The translations under genes were made by a program, and so were the position numbers. The notes beneath the pieces were generated by a model. That model saw only the letters and a list, made by a program, of their open reading frames with translations. It searched no databases and was not told the DNA's origin. A DNA stretch of 64,000 nt, taken from assembly GCA_021613535.1 (NCBI GenBank), contig CP075496.1, positions 8,742,001 to 8,806,000 of the forward strand. The letters run 5' to 3'. How positions within the stretch are numbered: position 1 is the first letter of the stretch; the number at the start of each line of letters is the position of its first letter. This document shows positions 24,408 through 35,707 of this stretch, piece after piece. The DNA is from Adineta vaga (Eukaryota > Animalia > Rotifera).

Positions 24408-25798
24408 TTAACAAGACATCGGAAGTATATCCGAAAGAGCTGAAATATAATAAGTACCATTTCCGATAGATGGAATTAGCGAAGCACCATTTTCGCTGTT
24501 TTCATTCCAAGCATAAACAATTACTGTTTGAGCTTCGGTTACATTTCGATTTGTACATGTTAATTCAATAGAAGTTTTGAAAAAATTTTGTAATTCCTCC
24601 GCTGTTGGTTGTAGAAAATGTTCAGGACCTTGATCAACCCAGGGAACTGGATGTTCAGATCTTGGTCGAGGATCCCAACCGGTGGGAAGTGGAATCACAA
24701 CTTTTGCTCCACTTTGAATTGCTGCATTCCACCATCTATTGCACATACATATATTCATATTCAAATTTTTGAAAAAGAAAATACAAATCAGTGTAACTTA
24801 CTGTACACTTCGTTGAACTTCATCACTAAATGGTGAACCCTACAGAATGAATACTTTCGTCATTATATATATATATATATATATATAATATTCAAAAGAT
24901 GATTTACTTGAACAGTACCACCGCCACCAACTCCGTATGATGAAATAGCATCGAATCCAATTGCTGCAGCACGAGTCTTACATCGTTGAATATCACCATC
25001 CATCAAAACTAAATATGGATTTTGTAAACCTAAAAGCATCTTCATAGAATTCGAGTAGCACAATTTCAATCTTATACCTCGATTAATAACTTTCTGACGA
25101 AAATTATTGAATACACGTCCACTACCTTCCCATCCTCCGCCACAAAGTTGCGCTTCTTGATCATCAAATTGAAATAAATATAACAATGGTCGGCCACCTA
25201 AAACAGTTTGAAATTGTCGATGCATCATTAGTTCAATATAATATTCTTGAAATTCATCTCCGCATGGTGAAGATCCCAATAGAACGAATGTAAAATTAAT
25301 TAATGCAATATATTTGCTTGATAAATAACGATATAAACCATAAGCTGGATTTTGTGGACAATAACGATTCGATGTTTGTTGATAATATTGAGCACAATAT
25401 GGTGAATTGGTTGTACAATTAGGACCAAATGCACAATACGTATCAAATGCCCAATAATCAAAACCAGCGTAACTTGCATATAAAATTTCTTGATCCATAA
25501 TTTCTTGTGTATCACCATTGATCGTTACATTTGTATCCGAATTAACTTTTGCAAAAAATGGTAAACGATAATGAAAATGTTCGGGACTCATTGCTCGATG
25601 AGAATAAAAAGAAATTTCATCATATTGACCATTTATTAAATTCCATGCATCCCAACGAATAATTCCAACTGTTGGTTGATTTATATCATTACTTTTACCA
25701 TTTACTACGAACGCTCCTGTAAATATAAAGACATAGCATATGGTGAGTAACAGTCGCATGTTTAACATGAGTTTTGATTCTGTTTTGTGACTTACCAC
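24408..25798 (-). CDS. Secreted GH99-like/WbsX-like TIM-barrel glycoside hydrolase of bacterial type; 4 exons
   Basis: Motifs VGIIRWDAW, MDQEILYA..AGFDYWAFD.Y, GRPLLYLF, TGWDPRPR, VYAWNENSENG; introns 25030-25077, 24840-24907 and 24736-24801 give a continuous frame. Confidence 0.75.
24865..24886. repeat. (TA)n microsatellite, intronic
   Basis: About 11 TA units; shorter runs near 2395, 5392, 19826 and 21858. Confidence 0.85.
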
Positions 25799-26009
25799 AT
25801 ACTGGTTTTTATCTATGCTATTATCTCAAAGGTGAGTACTTGTATATTAAGATTTCAGAAAAAAAGAAAGATATAAAAAGAAACATTGAATTTATTTTCT
25901 TTAAATAAACATGCAAATAATAAGATACGAAAGTCATGCACGAAGTTAATTTATTTTGATCTTCTATGTTATTGTAAATTTAATCTGCATAATTTATTCA
26001 AATTTTAAA

Positions 26010-26736
26010 GCATGACCGTATTGGAATACTATCTTCACCTGCATAAAATGTAATTAGGTGAACGATAATTGATACCTAATCTGCGTTCGTTTAACTTAAC
26101 AAGAAAACATACTGCAATAATATATGAAAACGTTTTAATATATTCGATGATATGCTGCATATTATGATCATCTTATTCAATACCACGAATATCAGAAAAA
26201 ACGGGTGCATTTATAATACGAATTGTTTTTCTGGCTGTATCATTTATCTGAAATTCATAGAATTTACAACGTTGGGGTGATTGGATGATTGAAATCTCCA
26301 TCTTTCGGCTCATCTACTCAGCCAAAATACATAGCATGCTCTTCGAAAGTAAAGCCAGTTGTGATAATAAATGAAATAGCCATAATTACCAGTGGTTGAC
26401 TTGTTTGTGCATTATCGAGTGTATGAAATCGAAGATAGTTGGCTAATATATTAATAAAAGTAGATTTCCCAAAACACTTGTTTCACCAATTAAAAGAACT
26501 ATCATGGTTTTTCCTTCTGATACTGGTTCCAAATTTGATGTTTCACTAGTAAGAACTCTATCCGAAACTGACAGAACTGAAGTATGTAGTTCAGTTACAT
26601 AGAAGCAGTTAAGGATAAAATGGGATCATTCATGTATACAGTCATCATAGTGCGATTTAAGTTGTCCGTTTGACTCAATAGCTTTGCGAGTGATTTCGAT
26701 CGGAGATGATCGGTTTGAATTATTTTCTATTTCCAT
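26010..26736 (-). pseudogene. Degenerate, internally deleted copy of the MACPF-GTPase gene
   Basis: Start resembles the paralogs (ITRKAIESNGQLKSHYDDC); then LLIGET../GKSTFINILANYLRFHTLDNAQ nearly identical in DNA to 27860-27945; stops and frameshifts; 3' boundary approximate. Confidence 0.8.
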
Positions 26737-27158
26737 TGCTCTTGTAAACATATAATTTTCTACAATATCAACTCAAATAAACGATCACATAGTTGGACCT
26801 AGTAAGACTCTATACCTACTTCAACGAAACTTATTCTTCTAAGTCTATTTTTTATAAATTCCGTGTAAATGCTATCAAAAACTTGCTATATGACTTTCTA
26901 CCCGACAGAAAAACAAGTTGTTTGTTGGATTTTTTCATTCTTTTATGAGTAAAACACATAAGAAAAGTTTTACTCTCTATCGGCAAACTTCTAATCGATA
27001 TATGTAAAAAAATCCAATCTATTTCGTACAAATTTTGATTATTTATCCATATAAAAACAAACAAAACAAATATTCAACAGAAAAAAACATCTCTAACATA
27101 CAGTATTCAAAAGATTTGTATTTTCGTTTTCTGAATCAATGTTTCATCTTCGTGTATA

Positions 27159-29673
27159 CTATAGGCGATAAGTGGTGAGATTATTGCAAATATAATGAAT
27201 GAGACGATTGGCTTCTTTTCGTGAGATTGTCCAACTCATATCGTATTCTTTCTTCTGATCAGCACTAAATGTAATATTGTTTTTTCGAGCAACCAAATAT
27301 CGAAATGATTCGCTGTCAAAACAGAACGTATTCTCTTTTTTGAATAATGTGTTACCCATTGATAACGATGCAAGCATTTTTTTCAATAATGGGCCTGTAT
27401 TTCCAGGCGTATAGAATGTTGAACGAGAATTAGTAAAGCAAAAGCTAATATTATTACTAATGTTGGGTCCTAGTACAGTGAATAATTGAGTGAGGCACGA
27501 TCGAAAAAAGATATTTAGTCGTGTTTCATTTGGTTTGAGAAGAACACAAACAGCATTTACGTGTGAAAGCGTTTTAGCATAATTGAATATTTCTTTCATG
27601 TTACGATCATCTTGTTCAATACCACGCGTATCACCGAAACCGGGTGTATCTATAATACGAATTTTTTTCCCAACTGTGCCATTAATCTGATATTCAAATT
27701 CATAGGATTTGCAACGTTGGGTGACTGATTGACCTGGATGATTGAAATCTTCATTCTTTGAATCATTCACATCACCAAACTTGACAGTACGTTCCACAAA
27801 AGTATCACCAACAGTAATAATAAATGAAACAGGAATAAGTACGAGTGGTTGATTTGATTGTGCATTATCCAGTGTATGAAATCGAAGATAGTTGGCAAAT
27901 GCATTGATAAAACTAGATTTTCCAACACCTGTTTCGCCAATTAAAAGAATCGTAATAGTATCATGATCTTTCGATTGTATAGATGATGAACGAATCGACT
28001 GTAGTACTGCCGTGGGCGAAGTTCTGTGTGATGCTTTGTTAGATAGTTCTTCATGATCCGTTAGTTTTACAGAGCTTTGACATAGCGAAGTATTAGATTC
28101 GGATTTTCTTAGTGGCGATATAAATGTGCCTGTTGTCTCGAACGACGCAAAAGTTCGTGTCTCTTGGATGACAGTTTGTTTTTTTGTGTCTACCGGTTTG
28201 AGATTTAGTATCTCTCTGGAGGATATAGATGTTGTCTGTTGCCCACTTTTGTTTTCATTTTGTTCCTGGTTCAAGGGTAAAACGATTATTTCACGAAGAT
28301 CATATGAAGAATATGAAAAATCTGCATAAATCAAACGTTTATTGGGATTATTTCTATATTCTTCCACTAGATTTTCACGGTGTTTTTTGAATTGTTTTGC
28401 GTACTTTTTGTTTAAAGCATCTGTAGAACAGATAATCCGATCAGTGTTACCAGTCTGTATTAATTTTTGTTGCATCGTTCGTTCTTTATCAGCAGAATCA
28501 ATGCCACGCTCACATACATCGACATATACAAATTTTAATTGATCTAATTCGGTTATAAAATTTACTTTGCTTTTTAAACCGTCTAGCTGGCGAATTAAAT
28601 CGGTACAGAGATTTTTCACACTAATTTGTTCATTATTCTTCAATTCTTCTTCTAGCTTAGACATCGATATACGACCACTTCGAACATTAACCAATAGTTT
28701 ATATAACTGTTGGATCATGCTAGTATATTTAACCTTCACATTCGAGACTTGTTTTCGAAAGTTATCAATATAGTTTCGAAGGTATCCACAAGATAATTTT
28801 GGTATTTCTTCCTTTAAAGAAGTTTCCATCTTTGCTATATTTGCTTTTATATAGAATAGATGTTCTTCGATTTTTCGATTGAGCTCAGACAGTGGCACAG
28901 TAAATTTGGTACCTGTTTCCCTGTAGGAAGGGTATAACCAGTTAATGGGTCGCAGAATATAAGATACTGGACGATCGACCGTACTATTTTTATTTTGTTG
29001 TATATATCGGCAAATTTCTTGAAGTGACGTGCAACTTTGTATATCTGATATAGTAGAATAAACCATTCGTATTACGAATGTTTCCAATCAGATTTTCTTC
29101 ATCTGAGTTCCATATAAAATCATCGTCTTCATCCCGCAAGAAAGTTTTAATTCGTTCAAGCATCTCATCGATTTTTCTTCTTAATTCCTCATCGAACGGC
29201 AACTGGAGAATGACAGCAACAACTGTTCCCCACGAAACAGAAGTAACAATATGAGTGGCGTTCGTTTCAGATATTTCTGACTGAATGAATTCTTGGGCAT
29301 CTTCTCTTGTGTCAGGAAGTTTTTCTATTCGATGAACGTACGTATAGTGTAATATTCGAGTGTATTCATTGATTGCATCTGAATAATCAACCATCGTCCC
29401 GATATTATTCTTTTGTTCTACAGACAAGAGCATGGTTAACCGTAAGTTCTCTTCGATTTCAATCAGTTTTAGAAAGTTGTTTCGACTAGTCTGTTTGAAT
29501 TCATTCAGAATTCTACAATGTTGCACGTCGCGTACATGACTAATGATTGGGTTTTTCTTTACATTCAGTTCACCAAGTAATTCATCTCGACATGCATTAT
29601 ACAATGAACCCAAACGACCAGACGAATCAATAGCTGTACGATTGATGAGAACATTGACTGATTGTTTTTCCAT
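27159..29673 (-). CDS. Stonustoxin-like MACPF/CDC scaffold fused to a septin/AIG1-like GTPase, copy A (1-nt frameshift near 29065)
   Basis: GRLGSLYNACRD, ATHIVTSVSWG, YILRPI, LVNVRSG; GTPase motifs GETGVGKS, SVTQ, IIDTPG, FTNSR. The two ORFs are colinear with intact 32747..35707. Confidence 0.8.
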
Positions 29674-30541
29674 TGTCTTTGCTTTGATCGATGATATTTT
29701 TTGTAATCATAAGTCTAAACATGTTTTACATATAATGTTTCGTAAAAAAAAGTATGGTTTCAAAGGGAGCGCAATATTGTAGACATCATGTAATTCACTT
29801 GACTACATTTGCAACTAAAAGAAACAGGAGTTTTCTTCAACATATTTCTAATTTAGTTACTGTAGGGTATAAAGTTTAAAAATTCGATTTTAATGGTCAG
29901 ACATCAAGTTTTCGCATTCTGTACGTTGCTTGACAACGGCCTTCATTTACGTTCTTAACAAGATATAAAATCCTATAGTTTAGTCTCATCTGAGCTTGAT
30001 TACCTACGACTACATTAGTAATGAAATTAAATGAATAACTCTACGTTTAATGTCATACAACATCTATGTAACTACAAGAAGAGATTCATTTTTGTCGATC
30101 ACATATACTACTGACATTAATTCTACAAAGTATTGCTACATTATATAAAACTAATCAATATCCTAATAAAACTTACGAAATTTCATTGTTTTGTTTTAGT
30201 TTCTGTCTCGAAAACGAGAGAATACTTTCATTTTTCTATCGTTCTTATAGAATTTGTAAAAGAAAAAAACCTCTCCACTTTTTTTGTATGATATAACAAA
30301 TTAAAAACATTATTTTTGCTGAAGAAAAAACCAACAAACGAGACACGTCATCAGAAGAATTAGGAAGAACAGAATACTTCTCTTGCTTTAAATCAAATAT
30401 ATATATATATGAAAATATTGTAGTCAAATAAAAAGCAAGAGCTTATTTTCTTATCATATTGTTTTTATATAAACAGGTGGAAAATTTCAAATTTCTTGTG
30501 CATATTCATTGGATTGAAGAATAATTTGTGAAGGAATTAAC

Positions 30542-32497
30542 ATGAGTTATTCTAAACGTTATAGATCGATATCAAGTCGATTTAGACAATCACTACCTGA
30601 TATAAATATTTTGATCTTAGGTGAAACAGGATGCGGAAAATCAACGTTTATTAATGCATTTGCTAATTATCTTATTTATAATACGCTAGAGGATGCAGTG
30701 AGAGGTGAAATGAAGGTGCTTATACCTTCCTCATTTAGTGTAACTGATCCAGACTCATGGGATCAAGAGTCAACAATGATTTGTGTCGGAGATCAATCGG
30801 ATAATGAAAAATGTGACGAAATTGGTCAATCAAGTACACAACTCTGTCGAAGTTATACTTTTCAATTGGAAAATCGTATACTACGTTTAATTGATACGCC
30901 TGGTATTGGTGATGTAAGAGGTATAGAACAAGATGCGATAAACTGTGATCATGTGCTTAACTATTTGAATCGATATGAACATTTGAATGGAATTTGCATG
31001 TTATTCAAACCAAATATCGAACGATTAACAGTTAGTTTTCGTTTTTGTTTCAATCAATTATTATCACAATTGAATCTAAGTGCCATTGATAATCTTATGT
31101 TTGTATTTACGAATGGAAGAGCAGTATTTTATCAACTAGGTAGCACTGCAGATCTAGTAAAAACACTGATTAAAGAATTAAAAGAAACACGAAACGTGAC
31201 TGTACCATTCGATCGTCGAATAAACGCATTCGTTTTCGATAATGAAGCGTTTCGATTTCTAGCTATGAAGAAAAAAGGTGCCTCAATTTCAGAAGATGTA
31301 ACAAGTAGTTATAATGCAAGTTGGGAAAAGTCTGTAAAAGAAGTTATTCGACTCCTTGAACGAATTAGTCAATGTGGACAACATGCTGTACGAGATACAT
31401 TATCAATAAATGCTGCTCGACAACTTATTCATCAACTTACACGTCCAATAGGTGAAATTGCACGACTTATTCAAGAAAATATTGATCTAGCTGAAAAAGC
31501 TAAACGAAATATTATGAGAAAATCATTGTCTTTTATACCAAAACAGATATCGCAAAAAGCAGGAAAGATTCGACATCTTGATCATCCAAGAACAGTTTGT
31601 ACAGCGGAAAATAAATGTACAGAAATTATTACTGTCGATGGTGAAAAAAAAATGAATTATAAATCTTATTGTCATCCCCATTGTTATTTACATGATGTTG
31701 AAATAAATTGTATTGGCCATTCAATTTTAAGATACTGTGCTGCTATCAGTAGAAGAACAGGTTAGTTTTAAATCGATGAAACAGTATGCCCTCATCCGAT
31801 ATTTTATTTAAGCATCTATATTGGAGTATAGATTTTTCAGATTGATATAAAAATTGAGTCAGAAAATCTTACGATCATATGCTTTGTTTTAGGTATATGT
31901 AAACAATGTGGATGTAAATGGGACAAACATATGCATATTACATATGAATATGACACATATAACATGAACTTCAATATCGATAATTCTAGTTCACGTTCAG
32001 CATTAGCAGATATCGATCGACGACTTAGTGCCTTGCGACAAGAACAAGAAGCTATTCTTAAGGTTTGTAGTCAATTTGCACTATATGTACGACGAAATTG
32101 TGTGATAGCTTATAATAATGATATCACTGAATATATACGTTATTTTATTCGTGAAGAAGAACAAAAACGAAGTGCTGGTGCCGACAATGAACGTGTTATT
32201 CTAGGATTGAAGAAGATGATCGAAGATTTTGAGAAAGAAAAGAAAATACTTGACGACGCTTCTTCTAACGCTGCTTCATATTCTATTCAAGATTTCTCTG
32301 GACCCGAAGATATATTTGCTTTCGCAGCTAAACTTTATAAATTACCTATTAATGGTCCAAGTATTCGAGATCAAGTTGAACAAGTAAAAGAACAACAATT
32401 GAAGGTTCTTCAACAAAAAGAATATCCTATGGATATTCCAAATTTTACTAATACTCCAGTAATGAAATGCATAAATGAAATGAACAGTTCTCAGTAG
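30542..32497 (+). CDS. Stand-alone septin/AIG1-like GTPase with Cys/His-rich module and coiled coil, copy 1
   Basis: GETGCGKS, SSTQ, LIDTPG, FTNGR; intron 31761-31892; CHPHCYL..CKQCGCKWDKHMHITYE. Confidence 0.88.
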
Positions 32498-32746
32498 AGA
32501 AACATTCAATGCTTCTTATTAAAAATCTAACACAAAATAAATCATTATCATCGAATTGTTTGATAATTTATTTTTGCTATATTCTAGATCAGAGGTACTT
32601 CTAAAATCTCTTGTTATCCATAATCCTAACTATTATATCATCTTTTGTAATATCTTTATTATTTCTATAATGTCTACCCTAATCATAAAAAAATAGTGAT
32701 ACTTATAATCAAATATTTTTTAATAAACATATGATGTTTTTCTTTC

Positions 32747-35707
32747 TCAATATATTCCATTCGATGTTCGTTGATCTTCAATAACATAGGCGGATACTAA
32801 TGGATATGTATACATATATCGAATTCGTTCTTGAATCTCCGATAATCTAAAACGTTTTCTATCACTTTTAAATGTTTTCATACATTCTTCATAATTAAAT
32901 GATAATGCTTTTAAACTTTCAACGAGTTGCATATTCATATAGCTTCGACTATATTCATCACAAACATTCTTTTCTTCTGTCATTAATCGAAATAGACCAG
33001 TTAAAAATGGATTTCCATTCGAATAAACTGTACAATATGCTAAAAAATAACCAAATTCCGCACTTGTATCATATAAAAATGAAAGATGTTTAATCATTTC
33101 GTTTTGTTTTTTTGCCAATGGACAATTTGAAACATCATAATTTTGTAAGAAGTCCAGTGGAGTTGGTTGATATGGAAGATGTTGATCTTCATAATTATCT
33201 TTTTCTCTCTCATCCAATGGTATATCTTCTGAATGTAATTGAATTGATACTTTCATTGAATTGATTTTTCGAATGATAATATTTCGAAGAATATGTCGAA
33301 TTGTTTCTAATAACGGATGAATCAATTGAGCAATTTCAATTTGTGCACGTTTTATCGCTTCCCATTCATTAGGTACAGGAATAGCAGTGAGATTTTTTCG
33401 AATATAACGAATCAATCGATTCGCTTCCAGGACAGATTTGGTCCAACTTGTTTCATATTCTTCACGATTTTGATCACTAAATGTAATATGATTTTGTAGA
33501 GCAATTAAGTATCGTAAGAATTCATTATCAAAACAGAATGTATTCTTCTTTTTCAATGGAATTTTACGAATTGGTAATGATGGAAGTAGATCTTTTAATA
33601 ACACGCCAGCATTTCCTGATGTATACGAACTTGAACGAGTATGAGTAAAGCAAAAGATAAGATTTCGACGAATACTGGATCCAAAATATTCATACAATCT
33701 CTCCAAACATATCGGTAGAAAACTATTCAATTCGGTTTGATTTGATTTCAAAAGTATACATATCGCATTGAGATGAGATATTTTTTTGATATATTCGAAA
33801 ATGTGTTCCATAATTAGATGATCTTGATCCACACCACGTATATCACCAAAACCAGGTGTATCAATAATACGTAATTTACTTCTATCATTATGATTTGGAT
33901 GAAAAACATAGGATTTACATTGTTGTGTTACAGATTGTCCAGAATTATCGAAATTTTCATTTTTCGAATCGTTTTCATCATCGTATTTTACTAAACGTTC
34001 TTCAAAATTATCACCAACAGAAATAAAAAATGAAACAGGTATAGGCACAAGTGGTTTTTCCATATGAATCCTTTCGAATGTATTAAATGTTACATAATTA
34101 ACAAAAGAATTAATAAACATAGATTTGCCAACTCCTATTTCTCCGAGTAGAAGAATATTGATCGACTCATTTGTTGGTACTGATGCATTCATTGGTATCG
34201 ATGCAGCTGTTGTAGAAACCGAAGACATAGAACTATTGATATCGGCATTCAGAAGTTGATCTGATTGTTTTGGTATTTTTTTCATATAATATTTACTAAG
34301 TGGTATGACAGCCATATTTGGTAATTCAAAAGAAGAATAAGAAAAATCTGCATAAGTTAAACGTAATTTTGAATTTCGTTCCAATTCTTCAACTAAAGCA
34401 TGACGAAGTTCTTTTAATAATTCAGGATTTGCTTTATTCAATTGATCATTCGAACATAGAACTCGATCACTATTTTGATCGATAATTAATTTACTTTTTA
34501 ATGATTCTTCGTTATCATTTTCATTAACATGTCGTTCAATAACATTACAATATTGAATTTCTTGATGACCTAAATCACTTATCAAATGTCCTTTCGCATT
34601 TAAATCATTAACATCTTGTGTTAAACTTTTAATATGATTTTTCATTCGTATCTGTTCTTCATTTTGAAGTGTATCTTTAAGTGACTGATAAAGTATGGAA
34701 CCTGAACGCATTTCAGTAACTAATGACGCAAGCTCATCAATAGTACGATTGCATTCAGTTTTTAAATCGTACCATTGTTTATAAGCATTTGATAATCGAT
34801 CTTTAAAATGACCACAGAGAAGACTTGACATATCTTCATCAAAATAATTTTCTAAGGTTTTTAATGAACGTGATAAATCGAATAAATATTCTTCGAATTC
34901 ACCTTCATTACTTATATCATGAACTATATAAGTATAATGTGTTGATGGTAATGATTGAGCAAAAATAGATTGTAAAGGACAAAGAGTATATGCTATTTGT
35001 TGATGCTCACTATGATTGAGTTTACGTCGAGTAATATTATGAAATATATCATGTAAAGTTGAATTTTCATTTAGAACAGGTATATTTGAATAAACTTTTG
35101 TATGAACAAGTTTCGTATATGAAAAAATATCGTCTCGTGTTAATTTAAAATGATCACAATCACCATTTAAATAAGCTCGATATTTGTCTAATGTAGTATC
35201 AATGATTGTTATTAGATTTTCATCCGTTGGTAATTGTAGAAAGATAACAATATCAATACCCCAACTAACACCAGTAATAAAATGTGTAGCATTCTTACCG
35301 GGATTCATTGTTTCAAGCCAAGTTTGAATTAATAGAAAATCATTTGGTAATTCCTCTTCTTGATGTATGTAAGTATAATGAATGACACGAGTATATTGAT
35401 TGATGATATAGGGATAATTCATTGCAGATGTAATACCATGTTTTGATATGATATTCAATGCTAAACTCAAGCGTAAATGTTCGTTAATACCGATTATTTC
35501 TAATGGATTTCGTTGTTGATTGTGATATCCTTTTTCAATAATACATTTTGTCTTTTGAGGAAAATGAATGGGAGGCTTTTCAAAAGATATATCTAATGGT
35601 TGAAGTACACGATCTTGACATGTATCATACAATGAACCAAGACGTCCAAAAGGATCGACAGCTGTACGTTTAATAGACACGGATAATAGATCAGGAATTT
35701 GTGCCAT
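32747..35707 (-). CDS. Stonustoxin-like MACPF/CDC scaffold fused to a septin/AIG1-like GTPase, copy B (intact, 986 aa)
   Basis: GRLGSLYDTCQD, ATHFITGVSWG, YTLCPL, LVTEMRSG; GEIGVGKS, SVTQ, IIDTPG, FTHTR; helical C-terminus without the Cys module. Confidence 0.85.
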   Translation of the reverse strand: MAQIPDLLSVSIKRTAVDPFGRLGSLYDTCQDRVLQPLDISFEKPPIHFPQKTKCIIEKGYHNQQRNPLEIIGINEHLRLSLALNIISKHGITSAMNYPYIINQYTRVIHYTYIHQEEELPNDFLLIQTWLETMNPGKNATHFITGVSWGIDIVIFLQLPTDENLITIIDTTLDKYRAYLNGDCDHFKLTRDDIFSYTKLVHTKVYSNIPVLNENSTLHDIFHNITRRKLNHSEHQQIAYTLCPLQSIFAQSLPSTHYTYIVHDISNEGEFEEYLFDLSRSLKTLENYFDEDMSSLLCGHFKDRLSNAYKQWYDLKTECNRTIDELASLVTEMRSGSILYQSLKDTLQNEEQIRMKNHIKSLTQDVNDLNAKGHLISDLGHQEIQYCNVIERHVNENDNEESLKSKLIIDQNSDRVLCSNDQLNKANPELLKELRHALVEELERNSKLRLTYADFSYSSFELPNMAVIPLSKYYMKKIPKQSDQLLNADINSSMSSVSTTAASIPMNASVPTNESINILLLGEIGVGKSMFINSFVNYVTFNTFERIHMEKPLVPIPVSFFISVGDNFEERLVKYDDENDSKNENFDNSGQSVTQQCKSYVFHPNHNDRSKLRIIDTPGFGDIRGVDQDHLIMEHIFEYIKKISHLNAICILLKSNQTELNSFLPICLERLYEYFGSSIRRNLIFCFTHTRSSSYTSGNAGVLLKDLLPSLPIRKIPLKKKNTFCFDNEFLRYLIALQNHITFSDQNREEYETSWTKSVLEANRLIRYIRKNLTAIPVPNEWEAIKRAQIEIAQLIHPLLETIRHILRNIIIRKINSMKVSIQLHSEDIPLDEREKDNYEDQHLPYQPTPLDFLQNYDVSNCPLAKKQNEMIKHLSFLYDTSAEFGYFLAYCTVYSNGNPFLTGLFRLMTEEKNVCDEYSRSYMNMQLVESLKALSFNYEECMKTFKSDRKRFRLSEIQERIRYMYTYPLVSAYVIEDQRTSNGIY

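Noticed and set aside
29040-29090. Programmed ribosomal frameshift releasing the MACPF N-terminal part
   Set aside because: There is no slippery heptamer, paralog B is continuous, and the shift falls within the domain.
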